From the human T2T-CHM13v2.0 reference genome, Homo sapiens: DNA of 64,000 nt. This document shows, piece after piece, positions 1 to 16,160 of the stretch; position 1 is the stretch's first letter; each line of letters begins with the position of its first letter. Made by a program: the position numbers and the translations under genes. Location of the stretch: assembly GCF_009914755.1 (NCBI RefSeq), contig NC_060927.1. One strand, given 5' to 3'. The notes beneath the pieces are model-generated. The model made no database searches. It was not told the origin of the DNA and saw only the letters and a list, made by a program, of their open reading frames with translations.

Positions 1-1594
1 CCAACTCATACCTAAGCCTCCCAACTTGGTCCCTGGCAGGCTGTGGTGTCACATCAGGCTTTGCTCATGGGCAGGCCAGGGTAGGGCTCTAGCTACAGCC
101 TCAAGGGTGGGTGGGGCCTGATCTGAAGTTGCCCAGGGGGTACCGGAGGGAGAGGAGACCTGGGATCACAACCTCTGCTCAACTTCTCCAAAATATGCTA
201 CAACAGAGAGGGCACTAGGACACGGCCCGGGGCCCAAGAGGCCACTTCCAAAGAGGTTTGGGTCAGTGAAGTTATGAGATTCAAGAGCTGACAGGCATTG
301 TACAAATACACAGAGTCTCAGTCAGCTATCTATGGGCCAACACACTCCCCAGGATCTCATCTATCTGTCTGTCTGTCTATCCATCCAAATGGGTGCAAGA
401 GAGCTAGAGACCTGAGGCAACCCTCCCCTCAACTCCCTCCCTTGTCAGATGAGGTGACGGTGGGGACACAGCCTGCTTCAGCTGACATTGCTGGTGGGGG
501 TGCCTGTTACTCTTTCTGTCTCCATTTCATCCTTTTTGGACCGCTTGTCCAGCTAAAAGAACCAAGAGCCAGGGAACTCAGGGTCTAGGGCAGGAAGCTG
601 CGGGAGGCCTTGTGACCCAGGCACCGAGAGATGTGGGTAAAGAGCCTGGAGGACCCAGTTCATTGATACTATGGCCAAGGAACTGGCCAACGCTTACAAA
701 CGTGTCAAGGAAACCATGAGGAGCTGTCCCCACAGGGCCCTGAATCCCCCATCCCTCTTCCTGGTGCCTGTGGAGGGTCTGACACAGCTCCCATGAAGGG
801 CCCCCGAGCCAGGATCTGTCCCCTGGGGTACTGCATGGTAGGATAAGGTGTCCCTCTGATGTCCCTCTTGGCACGGGCACCTGCCCTCAACAGCCCTGCC
901 TGCCTCCCTTTAAAAATCACCTTTGCTGTCATCCAAGACTCTCTGAACTCTTCTCACAGACTAATTTTGTCTTTCGTTTCACTTCTTAGGAAGAGAAATG
1001 GGGAAGCTTTTCTCTATCAAAGGGCACTGACTGGCAGATAAATTCCACAGAAAGACTCATAAGTAAAAGGCATTTTAGTTTAGGGAGAAATAGAAAATGT
1101 TCTCTTGATTTGCTTTAAAAATTAAGAGCATGGAACATGACACTATTAAAAATAGAACACTGAAGTCTGCTAATAATTTAGCTTTATATTTCAGCAAGTG
1201 TGGGCTGAGACAAAGGGGGAAAAAGAAACAGACTAGAAAGGGAAAGGGGAAAATAGGTTCAAGAAACAAAGACATAGGCACATGTGGAGATGGACACCGA
1301 TCTATGGATCAGAGAGAGAGAGATTAGGGCAAGTGTCCACCCCAGTAAAAGGCAAATGAAAAGGAGAGAGATGGAGATAAAATATACGGTATCCACAGAC
1401 TCCCTTGATGCTGATTTCCAGCTTGTGGACTTCTGATGTCTTGTTGCTAACTGATTTGAGGCCTGTTGCATTTTTGCAAAAGAAGCACTATTAAAAGATT
1501 CCCTCTTTACCATCCTTTTTGCAAGGCCTAACTGCCGGGGTCCTTTTTAAGATGCAGGAACCGCAACTGCATAAGAAATTCATGACTTCACTCA

Positions 1595-1840
<246 letters not shown>

Positions 1841-2706
1841 TCAGGGTGGAGAGGGCAGAAAACTCAAAGTCATAATGTCAGCCCCCGTGAAAAACCAAAC
1901 TGCAATTAGTGGGTTCACCACAATTCAAACCCTAGGGCCCCAAGCTCTGCTCAAATCCTAACCTCAACCTTGCATGGTACCCTCCATTACTATCAAGTGG
2001 GCTCTCATGCCCACTGCAACCACACTGTCTCACACTGAACATCCTGGCACAGACCACTACATTAGCTTGCCCAAGACAACATGGCCTCCAGTCTTGCAAA
2101 CTTTGCAAGCCTCTCACTCCTGCTCAGAAGCCAGCAATGGCTCCTGCACGCGACAGGACGGAGTCCAAATTCACGAGCCTGGCACTCATGCCTTCTGAAC
2201 ACAGGCGCTGTTTCTCCTAGCCGTCCCTAAAAGGCCATCGGCTCTTCTCCCATTCCTTGGAAATGCTGTGTCCCCCACACCTGTGCCTTGCCTCGCTGTG
2301 TTCCCTCCGCCTAGCAGCAGGCTCTTCCCACCCCACCTTCCTCACCCCTCCCAGTCCTGCCTCCTTTATGGTCTAGCCATCCCAGAAACTATCTGTGATT
2401 CCTCCCTCCTCCAGAACTCTGTCTATCACACCTCACCAGCCACCATGGTTTGGGTCAATATCTTCTGGGTCAAGGCTCAGGGAAGGGTGACATAATGCTC
2501 CCACAACTGGCCAATGGTGGCACAGGTGATTTGGCAAGTAGAGGAATTTCTACTTCCACTGTGCTCACCCCAGCGCCCCCACAGGTGCTTGCTGCCCATC
2601 CTGCCCACCCCACCCTGCCCCGCCTCGCCTCTGCAGGATGGTCACCCTGGGTGGGCTTGAGTGGGAACCCAGGTCGGGGCCCCAAGCCACCCACAGCTGT
2701 CACTCA

Positions 2707-2964
<258 letters not shown>

Positions 2965-3062
2965 TCAAAGAGTCTTCTCTCTCCCATCCAGCCCTAGAGT
3001 CCAAGAACGTTCAGCCTGAAGGGCACTGGGGCGGGCGGCAGGTGCAGTCGGCTGTGAAAGGG

Positions 3063-3094
3063 GCTGTTCCCGGCCTGGCCACAAGGTGGCGCGG
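3063..3094 (+). promoter_or_regulatory. Candidate CTCF site (core plus upstream module) in intron 5
   Basis: TGGCCACAAGGTGGCGC, one mismatch to CCASYAGRKGGCRS, preceded by GCTGTTCC five bases upstream. Confidence 0.65.
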
Positions 3095-4951
3095 TGCCAC
3101 ACTAAAACCTAGAGCCCTGCTGCTTCCCCTCCAGGAGGGCACCTCTGGCCAGCACTGCCCTGTCAATTAAATTGTGATTGGAAAAATGCAAATGCACGTT
3201 AGGGCCGACTTGAATTAAACAGGGAAGTTACCACCACTCCAAACCCTATTTGTATAATGCTCTTGTGGGTAAGACAGAAATGGCTTTTGGATTATCTTTT
3301 TATTGGATTTATCCACACTGCTGCTTCCAAGATGTTAGCAGGGTGATGGCAAAAGCTGGTTACCCAGGTTTCAAGGGTATGGCCTGCTCAGGAGGGAAGG
3401 GGAGCCTGGGCAGGTGCAGGGGCTTAGGGTGCTCCATGCCCTAGAGGAAAGCTTGGTCCCGGCCACATGCACCACATATCCATATCTGGGAGCTCCCAGT
3501 AGACAGGGCAGGCCCTCCGTATGCACTTATAACTCCTCATGCTGGGCGAGCAGTGGAGGCAGACTGGGAAGGAAGCCATACATCTCCAGGTGCATGTCTG
3601 AGGCCCATGGGAACCTGCCCAGCATCTGCAGGAGAGGGTGCAGGTGCCAGGAAGTAGGGTAATGGATGAACTCAGATTGCACTTTCTAGGGCCCTAGACC
3701 CTCCCTAACACCTGGGGCATGGGCGCACTCAGCTAGCCAGGGGACCAGCAGTCTGACTTGCCCCAGTGGGTGGGACCACCACTGAGACTCCCTGACCCCA
3801 TCCCACGCCATCAGCAAGAGGCTGACACCCACTGCAGGGGAGACTGAGGTCACCCATCATTTCTCTTGTCCTGAATCAACTTGGTAAATACCTCCACTGC
3901 AGCAGAATACCTTCACTGAAATACTTTCCATCCACAGTGCCTTTGGATACTTGCTTAGCTTGACAATGGCTCATTCTGTCTTTTTGGCTTAACTCCACGG
4001 CCACCTCCTTCAGGCAAACTCTCTTGATCCTCTCAGTGGAATCAACTGTCCCCTCCTGGGCCCTCCTTCAATAGTCTGCCTCCCTTACCTCGCCGTGTCC
4101 ACATGACGTGCCTTGTATCTGAGCACCAGGAGTCCTGGTCTCTCTCCCTTAAGGCTCTGTGCTTCCGGGGAGACTGATTGTCTAGCTCAGGCTTGCTGGG
4201 GACACTTGGCAAGTGCTGCAAGTAGAACTGAGCCAAACCAACGGACCCGGCTGCCTTCCTGGCAGCCACTCCCGCCTCTGACCTTGCCCTCTGTGCCTTT
4301 TTTCTCTGCCCCTGCCCAAGCTATTTCTAAAGCCCAAAGTCTCTGACTTGCTCCCTTGGCTGTCACATAAGCTTGCACCACCCATGTTTTTCAATGACCA
4401 GGGCTCCTTCTGTGGCCAGTGATAGCCATGAATTGGCCAAAGTGCCTTTTTGCTATGGCTCACAGGCAGGGTGATTCTCTCTAAGCGGAACACCTGCATT
4501 TGAATCCGCCTGCCTGGTAGTAGCACCCTGGGGAGTTGTCTAACCCCTATGAGCCCAACCTTTCACATCTGGGAAGAAGTGGAACCAGCAGTTCGATGCC
4601 TGGCTGGGTGTCTGTAGGAAACATGAGGCCCCGGAAGTGCAAGGGCCTCACACGGCACAGGATCCTCACATGGCTGCCAGCCTCTCCTCCACTCCTGGAG
4701 TCTGCAGAGCCCTCCCCTCCCACACACTTCCTCTGGGAAAAGCTGCCCAGGCTGCTGTAGGGAACAGGAACCCTGGAGAAGGCAGAAAGTCTGGTGGCAC
4801 ACGCCAACCCTCAGCTTGGCTGGGCACCTTTTGGCAGACAGTTTCACCCCACTGTTTCCCTGCCTCCAACTAGGCAGCCGGCAGGTCAGTCAGTCGCTCG
4901 GGCTGTGGACAGTCCCAGGGAGGGAGACGGTACCCGGGGGGTGGACACTTA

Positions 4952-5092
<141 letters not shown>

Positions 5093-6594
5093 TTAATTTT
5101 ACAAATTAAAAATAGTAGGAAAGAGAAGTGGGAGGGAAAGAAACGAGAAGCAAAAAGATTCACCCCGTGCCTGGAATAACTTGCCTTTTAGGGCAGTGAG
5201 CGCAGGCCCACGCCGGAACTCGGCATGGTCCTGGGACAGGCTTATCAGGAGACATTGGGGAGGGAGGGATTGTGGGGATGGAGGGATGGGCTGGGCAGCC
5301 CTGAGCGGCATTCCAGCTCCCAGACTCAGGAGCTCACTTTTAAAGATCCACTCCAGAGCCCCAAGAGGAATTTGGCTGGTCGAACTGCAGCTCAGCCAGC
5401 AGGGTGGCCTTATCAGCTTAAGGAAGGCCCCAAGCCCCAGTACAAGGGTCTCTGGTCCCCTCCACACCCCAGGAGTCACTCTGATTCGTTGCTTGAGATT
5501 CTATCAAAAGTTGTCTGATTCTCCTCCTTTTACAAAAAGACTGAAGCAGGCAGAAATGAGCTTTAACCAAAAGCTCACTGACTCAGCCTGTCTGAGACTT
5601 TTATCAAAAAAGAATTTTGCTCAACTAGCAAGCACATGAGTGCCAAGAATCCAACAGAGCTGCTGCTGAGTGACAGGTGCCACAGGGCCACCTGCAGGCC
5701 ACCACCAATCCGTCAGTGGGATTGCGATAGAATATCAGTAATCATCAATTATGAGCGGTCCAACTCTGGCTCCCAAAGATAGTTGAGAAACAGGGATTCA
5801 AGTGCCCTTGTGGCCTGGACTCATTTGAGACCCAAGTGACAAGCAGGTGCTATTCACCTCATTCAGTTCAGTGACAAAATCCACAGGTAAGTATATGCGC
5901 TCCACCATGGAAGCCCCCAGAGAAGCCCTGGCACTGGCACTGACGGCACCAGCCTCTCATCAATAACCCGGCCTGGCGTCCTGTGTGGGCCAAGGGGAAT
6001 GTGTCCACCCGTCAGTGGCCACTGACATTTAATCACTCTACAAAGGCCTAGAGCTGGGAAAGGATAATGGAGGGGTGAATAGGGGCCTAAGGAATGAACG
6101 TGTCGTTCACCACTCCCGGCCATGGAGTGTTACTTCCAATTTATCCAAACGTTTAAGAGTCCTCTTTCTGGATGCCGCTAGGGAATGGCACACAGCCGCC
6201 TGCAGGCCAGCTGGGGATTCAGACTCATTCTCTTATCAGTCTGGCCAATCTCATCAGGAATGTAGCTTGATGGCCCCTAATATGCCCCAGACAAACAGCT
6301 TATTCCCCTGGGGTTTGGGCAGTGTGACCGGCAGGCCTCACCACCCGCTTCCAAGGATGGGGGGCATGGAGGGCTCCCTACACTCTCGCTTGTGGTCAGC
6401 GACAGTGCTGAAAGCAACTCCAGCTAAGTGTGTCTCCAGGGCCCACGCAGGGCGTGAGGACACAGCCGCAGCCTAAGGGTCCCCTCTGCCCATCACCAGC
6501 AGGCTCTGCTCAGCAGGATATACCCAGGCACATGCCCATCCCTGGGGTTCAGCAGGTCCTCGACCACAGCAGCCTCCCTCAACAGCCCAGGTCA

Positions 6595-7448
<854 letters not shown>

Positions 7449-8532
7449 GACTTCCATGAGGGAGGAGAGGCAGGGCTTATGGCCAGGGCCCGGCCTGGAG
7501 CTCCCTGGGCCTGAGAGGGCTGCCAGCCAGCAAGAGTGCTGGGGGCTCCACGCGGCTGCTGGGCAGGGGACAAAGGCCCTGGCACTGGAGGGCCGAGGAC
7601 GCTGCCTCTTTCTGCTGCTATCCTCCTTCTGTGCTCTAACGGCACCCTCCCCCAGCCCAGGAGGAAGGCAGGGGAGGGGCGTGAGGCCTGGGTGTGTGCC
7701 TCAGGAGGGTGCGGGACAGGGGGCCAGGCCCCAACTCCCAGTCATCTCTCAGGCCTGCCCGTTTGACCTCTGAGCACACCTCGAGGGCACTGGGCCTGCT
7801 CCTGGGGAAGAGAAGCCTTTTATACCTCTGCTCTGGAAGGCATTTCAGGCCAGAATGATGGCCCTGCAAACTCTGACTTCCCAATCCCACACAGAAAGGA
7901 CTCTAGCCCCAAGCCCTCCATCCTGAGGGAGTCCTCTATCCCCTACAAGAAACACAGTAAAAGAGACCCAGGGAGGAGAAAGGAAGACACAGCCCGTCAG
8001 CGTCCCTGGAAGCCCCCAATTCCTCCTTCCCAGTTCCTCAGTGCACCAGCTGGTGATAGATCTTTCACCCGTCCCTGTGGCTTGTGTTCCCTAAGTTGAA
8101 AACATTTTCTTTTTCCTTTGAAATGGGAAGGGAAGTCCCCAGGACCAGAATCTGTAAGGGCCCCTGAATTTATTTTTCTTAAAAGGGACACAAAAATCTA
8201 AAAACTCTCATGTACTGAGATGCTCCTGGCAGCCAGGAGCTAAGCGGGAGGCTTCCAACATGTCATCTCACTGAGTCCGCGCAAAAGCCCTGCAAGTGAG
8301 GGGTCAGTGTCCCCATTTCACAGACGGGAGCCAAGTCTCAGAGCAGCCAGAGACAGCGGCGTGGCAGGATTCTTCCTCCAAGGTCTGTGCTCCTTCCCAG
8401 GCACCTCGGGACTCCTAAGGCTCCAGAACCATGTTTCAGTTTTAAAATTGATGTTGAACTAAACATATTTTGTCCTTTTATTCTAAAAATGTGTATTGGT
8501 ACATTAAGCATGTCTTTTTAAATCAAATATTG

Positions 8533-8826
<294 letters not shown>

Positions 8827-8967
8827 AATTAAATATTGACAAATGATAATTGTATATATTTATGGGGTGGGTACAAAGTGATGTGATGTCACGTATCCAC
8901 AGTGTGGAATGGTTGATTGGGCTAATCAGCAAATCCAACACCTCACATACTGCTCATTTATCCCTGC

Positions 8968-9456
8968 TGTCAGCTAACTGGAACATGGTACTCTTTACTA
9001 AGCCTGTCTTTATATTCCCATGCTTTGACATCCAAGGCTCCCGAGAGTTGGTGCCTCCCAAGACAAGCCAATTCCCAGAGACAGTAAACAACTTGCCTTA
9101 GGGTGTACCTTTCACACACAAACCAACCAACCCAGAGTCCACTGCTGACGACAACCCCTGCCCTCGCCACCCCAGGGACAGGCACTGGAGTCCCAGGCAA
9201 CTTGGGACAGCCCCTACATACCGAGCCAGCGCAAAGACATTCTTCAAACCAGCCAAGCACTTGCCTTGCTACCCTTCCTTCCTGCACAAACCACAATAAA
9301 GGGCCCTGCTCCCTCGGCCTCCTGACTGCCCTGGTGCCTCCCCCTTGGCCTCTGCGTGGTGTGTCTCCTCCTCGTGGGAACTGTGAGTGACAATCTTAGC
9401 AGCAGTCCTCTCCCGATCTGTTGGCCTCACCATCATAAAACGTACATTTTAAAACA
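8968..9456 (+). mobile_element. Probable ERV solo LTR, preceded by a short L1 3' fragment (~8840-8960)
   Basis: TGT...ACA ends, AATAAA at ~9295 followed by U5-like sequence; family not identified. Confidence 0.45.
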
Positions 9457-10911
9457 GTCAGACACTATTTTAAGCTCACAGAAATATTAACTCGTTCGCA
9501 CCTCATAACCACCCCGTCAGGAAATGAGGACACAGAAAAGTCACCTGGCCAAGGCCACACAGGCACTGGCTCCACACTTTAGGAGTTGAACCAATCAAGA
9601 TGATGCTGTCTGTAGGCCCCACAGACATCTTAAATGCGTAAAGGTATGATCCAACACCCTGGCACTGTGAGGGAGGTGGGAGGACCCCTGGGAGCTGCTG
9701 CTGTGGTACCGGACAGGTACAGGACCCCCCTGAGAGGGGTCACTCTCAGCAGCTTCTCACCAGCTCACAAGAAGAGAACCTCTTTTTTTCCACAGGGCCT
9801 GTGGAAACAGGTTGGGCCACCAGGGAGTGCATCCCAAGGCTTCAGCCAGGCTGTCCCACCTCCCAGGAGAAGCACAGGAGGGCAGCCCCCAACCACTGCT
9901 GTTTCCCCAAATCCTGGCTCCTCTGGCCACTTCAATAGAACAACCAAGGCAACTGTAAGAGTGAGGTCAGAGTGGGAGAAATGGGGACAGGGACAAGAGA
10001 TGGAACAAATGAGAGGGAGAGAAGAAAAGGTGAGGAGGTGGAGCAGAGAGGACAGGCCCTATCCTGCCAGGCCAGGGGACTCAGGACAGCAGAGAGCTGC
10101 TCCAGCGTGTGCAGCTGTGGGATGGGCCCAGAAAATGAAAGGGAATTTGGATTCTCCATAAGCTCTCATGCCCGGTATCTGGTGTGGCTGGTGGGCCCAC
10201 CACCCTGGCCCAGAGGTAGACTATGCTGGCGTGTGCATGCCTGGGGCAGGGTGCCTGCAGAACCCCATCCTGGCCCACCCTCCGCCTCCCTGCCTCCCAG
10301 GCACCTGCCCCCTCCACCCAGGGAGAAGGAGGAGGTCTCTCCCACAGTTTGTGAAAGCACCCACTCCATAGTTGTTCTGGAAATTCTTCTTCATCTCTCA
10401 GGAAATCAAAACCAAGGGAAGCTGGGGTCCAGACTGGCTGCACATGAGTCAAGGAGCATGTTCAGTGAGTATCCCCTTGGCCAACACCAGTACTTCAAAC
10501 ACAAAGCTGGCAGGCAGCACGACCAGTGGCTGGTCCACCCCGAGCCTGAGGCTATGCAGCAAAGGCCTGGCTTTGGGGGCTGGAGATGCCCCCGGGGTAG
10601 GAAGGAAAAAGTCCCCTAATCTAGCAGAGGTAGGACTGCCACCGAGCAGAGTAACACACAGCACCAGGAAGAGCAGAGGAGGTGAGAAGAGGGAGGGTGG
10701 GGCGCCCCAGACACACAAGGCAGACACATGTGGTCCCAGGGGCTCCCCTGCACTCCAACCTCCTGTGCCTGCCTGGCTGACCCAGCCACTCAGGTGGGCC
10801 AGGCCTCTGCCCACCCGTGCACTGGATGGCCAGGCCTGTGGTCAACTCATTCTCCACAGATGACCCTGCTGGACCTTGGCAAGCGCATTCTTCCATGGCA
10901 ACTCTTGTCAC

Positions 10912-11108
10912 ACTAGACCATATGGTCCTGGGACCAGGCATCTCGTAGAACCACCTGGGGAGCTCTTACCTGGAGAGGCCCCCTACCCCCAGCCCCAGAG
11001 ATTCTGACTTAATCGTCTGGGGTGGGCTCTGCTGTTGATTGTCTTTTTCTGTTTTATTTTCAGCTTCCCTGGTGACTGCACTATGTAGCCAGGGTTGAGA
11101 ACCACCAC
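10912..11108. mobile_element. MER5-like hAT-Charlie MITE
   Basis: CCCCAGAGATTCTGACTTAAT...CAGGGTTGAGAACCAC motifs typical of MER5. Confidence 0.7.
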
Positions 11109-11442
11109 ACTAGTTTAAAGGTTGCCTCAAGAAAGCTTCTACCACCTCATTTAAATTTACAACCCTTCCCATCTGTCTATCTCCCTTCTCCACCATATTT
11201 TTCTCCACTGACTATGCTGTGTATTACTGTTGTTTATTATTATGCTCCGGTCTGTCTCTTCTCACTCAAATGTAAACTCTTTGAGGGAGAGATTTTATCT
11301 ACTTGATTCACGGCTACGACCCAGCCCTTAGGAAACAAGCAGCTGAATGACGGCCTGGATGCGGCGGGCCATGCCTACCTTGGCCTCTGCTCTGCACCCT
11401 GCCTGACACCCAGCACAACACCCAGACATGAAAGGTGCCCCC

Positions 11443-11887
11443 GGTAGTTTCCTCAGGCTGCTGTAACAAAGCACCACCAACCAAGTGGCTGAAAACAACA
11501 GATTTTTATTGTCTCGTGGTTCTGGAAGCTGGAGGTCTGAGATCAAGGAGTCGGTAGGGCCCTGCTCCCGCTGAAACTCAACAGAATCTCTCCTTGTGTA
11601 TTCCTAGCTTCTGGAGGCAGCCGCCATTCCTGGGCTTGCAGCCGCATCACTCCAGTCTCTGCCTTGGTCCTCACCAGGACTTCTCCCTGTGTGTCTGTGC
11701 TTTCACAAGGCAGTCTCTTCTCACAAGTTCACCATTCCTATTGGATTAGGAGCCCATCCTACTCCAGTATGACCTCATCTTTACTTGATTTCATCTGCAA
11801 AGATCTTGCTTCCAAATAAAACTACATTCACAGGTACCAGGGGTTCAATGTATCTTCTTTTAGGGGGATAAAATTCAACCCACAACA
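11443..11887 (-). mobile_element. MLT1 (C/D-like) MaLR LTR
   Basis: TAGTTTCCT...GCTGCTGTAACAAA...TTCTGGAAGCTGGAGGTCTGAGATCAAGG...AATTCAACCCACAACA. Confidence 0.8.
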
Positions 11888-14071
11888 GTGCCTAATACTT
11901 ATTTGTTGAAAGGAAGGAAACTTTCCTGTTTCCAAAGCAAGAGACACAACTAGTAACTCCAAATTGTGAGCTCTTCTTTCTGTCCCACAAAGCCTCTTGG
12001 AGTCTCAAGCATGTCACCTGAGACAGGAGCCCATGAAGTCCACGGCCTGTCCCCCAGCAGACGCTCCCAGCCATATGCACGGAACCAGTGGCTGAACAGG
12101 TACCAGGGACATGGGGACATGAGTGGCCTCTGGTTGTGTGCCAGGAGACATGAGAAACAACATTGATATGTGAGGAGCTCCACGTGCCTTTGAAAACCTG
12201 CACCTCCCTGCAGCCTCCTGGGAATCTACTCTTCCTGGCCAGCTGCTGAGGAACCAGGGAGGGGCAGGTCACCACCCACCAGGAAAGAGCCACTCAAAGC
12301 AAGGCATCTATGCCAGGTGTGCGGAAACCCAGGCAAGGTTGCTGCTGAGGCCCTGACTGTGAAGCCCCCAAAGCCTCACCACACATTTATATAAATCCTG
12401 CCACCCCCACATTCCCCCACCTCCTGTCAGAGACAAAGTCACATTTCTCTGCAGCTTTGGGGGAGGATTCTGCTTAATGACTGTCACTTCTGCAGGCTCC
12501 TGGGTTTTACAAGGTTTACCCTACAGCAGACTGTCTGTTCTGCTGGCCAGGATTTCCTGATCTGCCCCGGAGTAACTCTGAAGGCCATTTCCCAACTCAG
12601 CGCTGGCCCAGACGTGCAGGAAGGTGCTAATTCATCTATTAGCTCCCATCTGAGAGCTCCTCTTGGGAACAGGATCAGGCCCTCATGGCGGGTGCACAGA
12701 ACTGGGATAGGGCCACCCTGGCTGTGCACGCTTCCCTAATTGCCTGCCATCCATCACTCACAGTCTCCTGCATTCTATTCCAGGGGCAAGAGTGGGAGAC
12801 AGAGTCCCAGTTACCACAACAGGCCCTTCAGCCCTCCACAGCAGCTTTGGCTCAGCTTTCCAAACCACGTGCACTTTTGGTGAAGTGCATTTCCTCGTGG
12901 TTGTTCCATCTTGCTGCCAACAGGCCCATGACTTTATGAAGCTGTCAGAGCCTGGCCCTGCTCCTGTGCACATCCTGCAGCACCCTGGACACCCAGGTGC
13001 TGAGTTTTTCTAGTGGTCTAGGGGGGCCTGTAGTGCTAATCACCAGCTCCTCTGATCTCCTGCAGCCCCTGGCATCGTCAGAGCTACAGGACCACATCAA
13101 GAACTGTGCTGAGTGGTGGATGGTGGGAAGGGAGTATGGCAAGGTCTCAGCCCAACTCCCAGGAAGTTGGGAGCTGAAGGTGCCGGGGAAGTACCCGGAA
13201 GTGTCCAGTGTGGGCTGGGGAGGCTGAAGTGGCCACACCTCTGGATGGGCCAGTGGTCTCTTTTTGACCAAGAGTGCTGTCCCCTGCAGCGTGCCCCCTC
13301 CATTTGCCCCCCATCATCCAACCTGAAGAATCCTTTGGGCTCACATGTCCCTAGTAAGGTACAAGATGAGCAAGGAGTCACTCATGTCCTTTAGGGGAGT
13401 TAGCACAATCAGGTGTGGTCTTATTAACACTGGGCTGAGGTCAGACACCAGAGGGCTGTTTTCCAAGGAGTGGCACAAAAAAGATGAGAGAGGGGCATGT
13501 GAACTGGCAGCAGCCACAGGCCCATCCAGGGGCACAGGCTGGGAAAGGGAAAGGGGGAAAGGCCTATGGGAGCCTGCTGGACACAGAATGCCTGCACAAA
13601 GTCCACCAACAGGGAGAGCCTGCCCTGGGACAACCGTGCTCTCTCCACTCTCACAAGGACAACAGGACTCCTTTCTTCAGCAAGTGGAAACCAAGACAAG
13701 GGGCTGTCAGGACTGGGTCCAGGGGTCCTAGGTCGAGGCATGTCCTAGATTCGACTAAGGGCCTCCTGCAGGCCCCCTCCCACCCACCCAAACCCCTCTC
13801 GTTTCTGCCTACCCAAATCCTACCCCTACTGTACATACAATGGAACACCCCATAGCACCTACTGACATTCTGTTTAGAAAGTCTAGAAAGATTTAGGGAA
13901 ATGCTTCCTGAAGGAAAATCACACAAAAGGAAGAAGAAACTGCAAGACCTAGCAATAGTTAGTGACCTCAGGGGGGAGTCTATGAGTGCTTTTTCTTCTC
14001 CATACTGCTCTTATTTTCCAATTTTTCTACAAAGAACATATATTCTTCACATAATAAAGATGTTTATTTTT

Positions 14072-14410
<339 letters not shown>

Positions 14411-14734
14411 TCACATTCTTCTTTTGGGGCCTGATTCTAACCCTTCCATCTTCATGATGTCTTCCTTGACTTACCCAAGCCCAGAATAATACTTCTTATG
14501 TCTAAACTTTTATTAGAATCGTAATCATACATAACAGCTGATTCCAGCTGTTTCAAAGACATAGCCGGGCAAATTCAACTGGTCAGCGCCTCTTTGCTCT
14601 GTCTTCCCTCCCTTCTTATCTCCCACAGGGCCCCTCATTTTGAGTCCAGAGAGCTAAAATAGTAAGTTCTTGCTGGCTGCTGGCTCCAGTCCCCACCAAT
14701 TAAGGCAAACTGAGGTCTTTTGTTGGAACACAAT

Positions 14735-15735
<1,001 letters not shown>

Positions 15736-15994
15736 CATTAATTTTTTTTTTTAAAGACCCAACCCTACTGACTCCACCAACAGGGCCCCCTGGGCTGTCA
15801 AGCTGCTGTTCCCATAGCACTTAACTCCCTCACTGTGAGGGCTGGATATTCCCTAAGGAGCAGAGACAGTGTCTTTTTCATACTGGCAGGCTGTATATAG
15901 TAGCAGCTCAGTAAATGTTTGTGGAATGACTAAAATAATAACATAAAGACCATTTATATCTATAACTGGTACGGCAGTAGAGTTCAGAATACTT

Positions 15995-16160
15995 AAAAAA
16001 AAATAGAGACAGGGTCTCGCTCTGTTGCCCAGGCTGGAGTAGCAGCAGCAAGATCTTGGCTCGCTGTAACCTCAGGCTCCTGGGCCCCAGCAATCCTGTT
16101 GCCTCAGCTTCCCAGTATTCTGGGCCTGGGATTACAAGTATGAACCATCGTGGCCGGCCC
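15995..16160 (-). mobile_element. Free Alu monomer (FAM/FRAM-like)
   Basis: Single monomer ending GGCCGGCC; TSD cagaatactt. Confidence 0.75.

Noticed and set aside
5257-5295. G-quadruplex-like tract on the plus strand (also ~26200-26275)
   Set aside because: Common in this GC-rich region and on the template strand; nothing specific supports a function.
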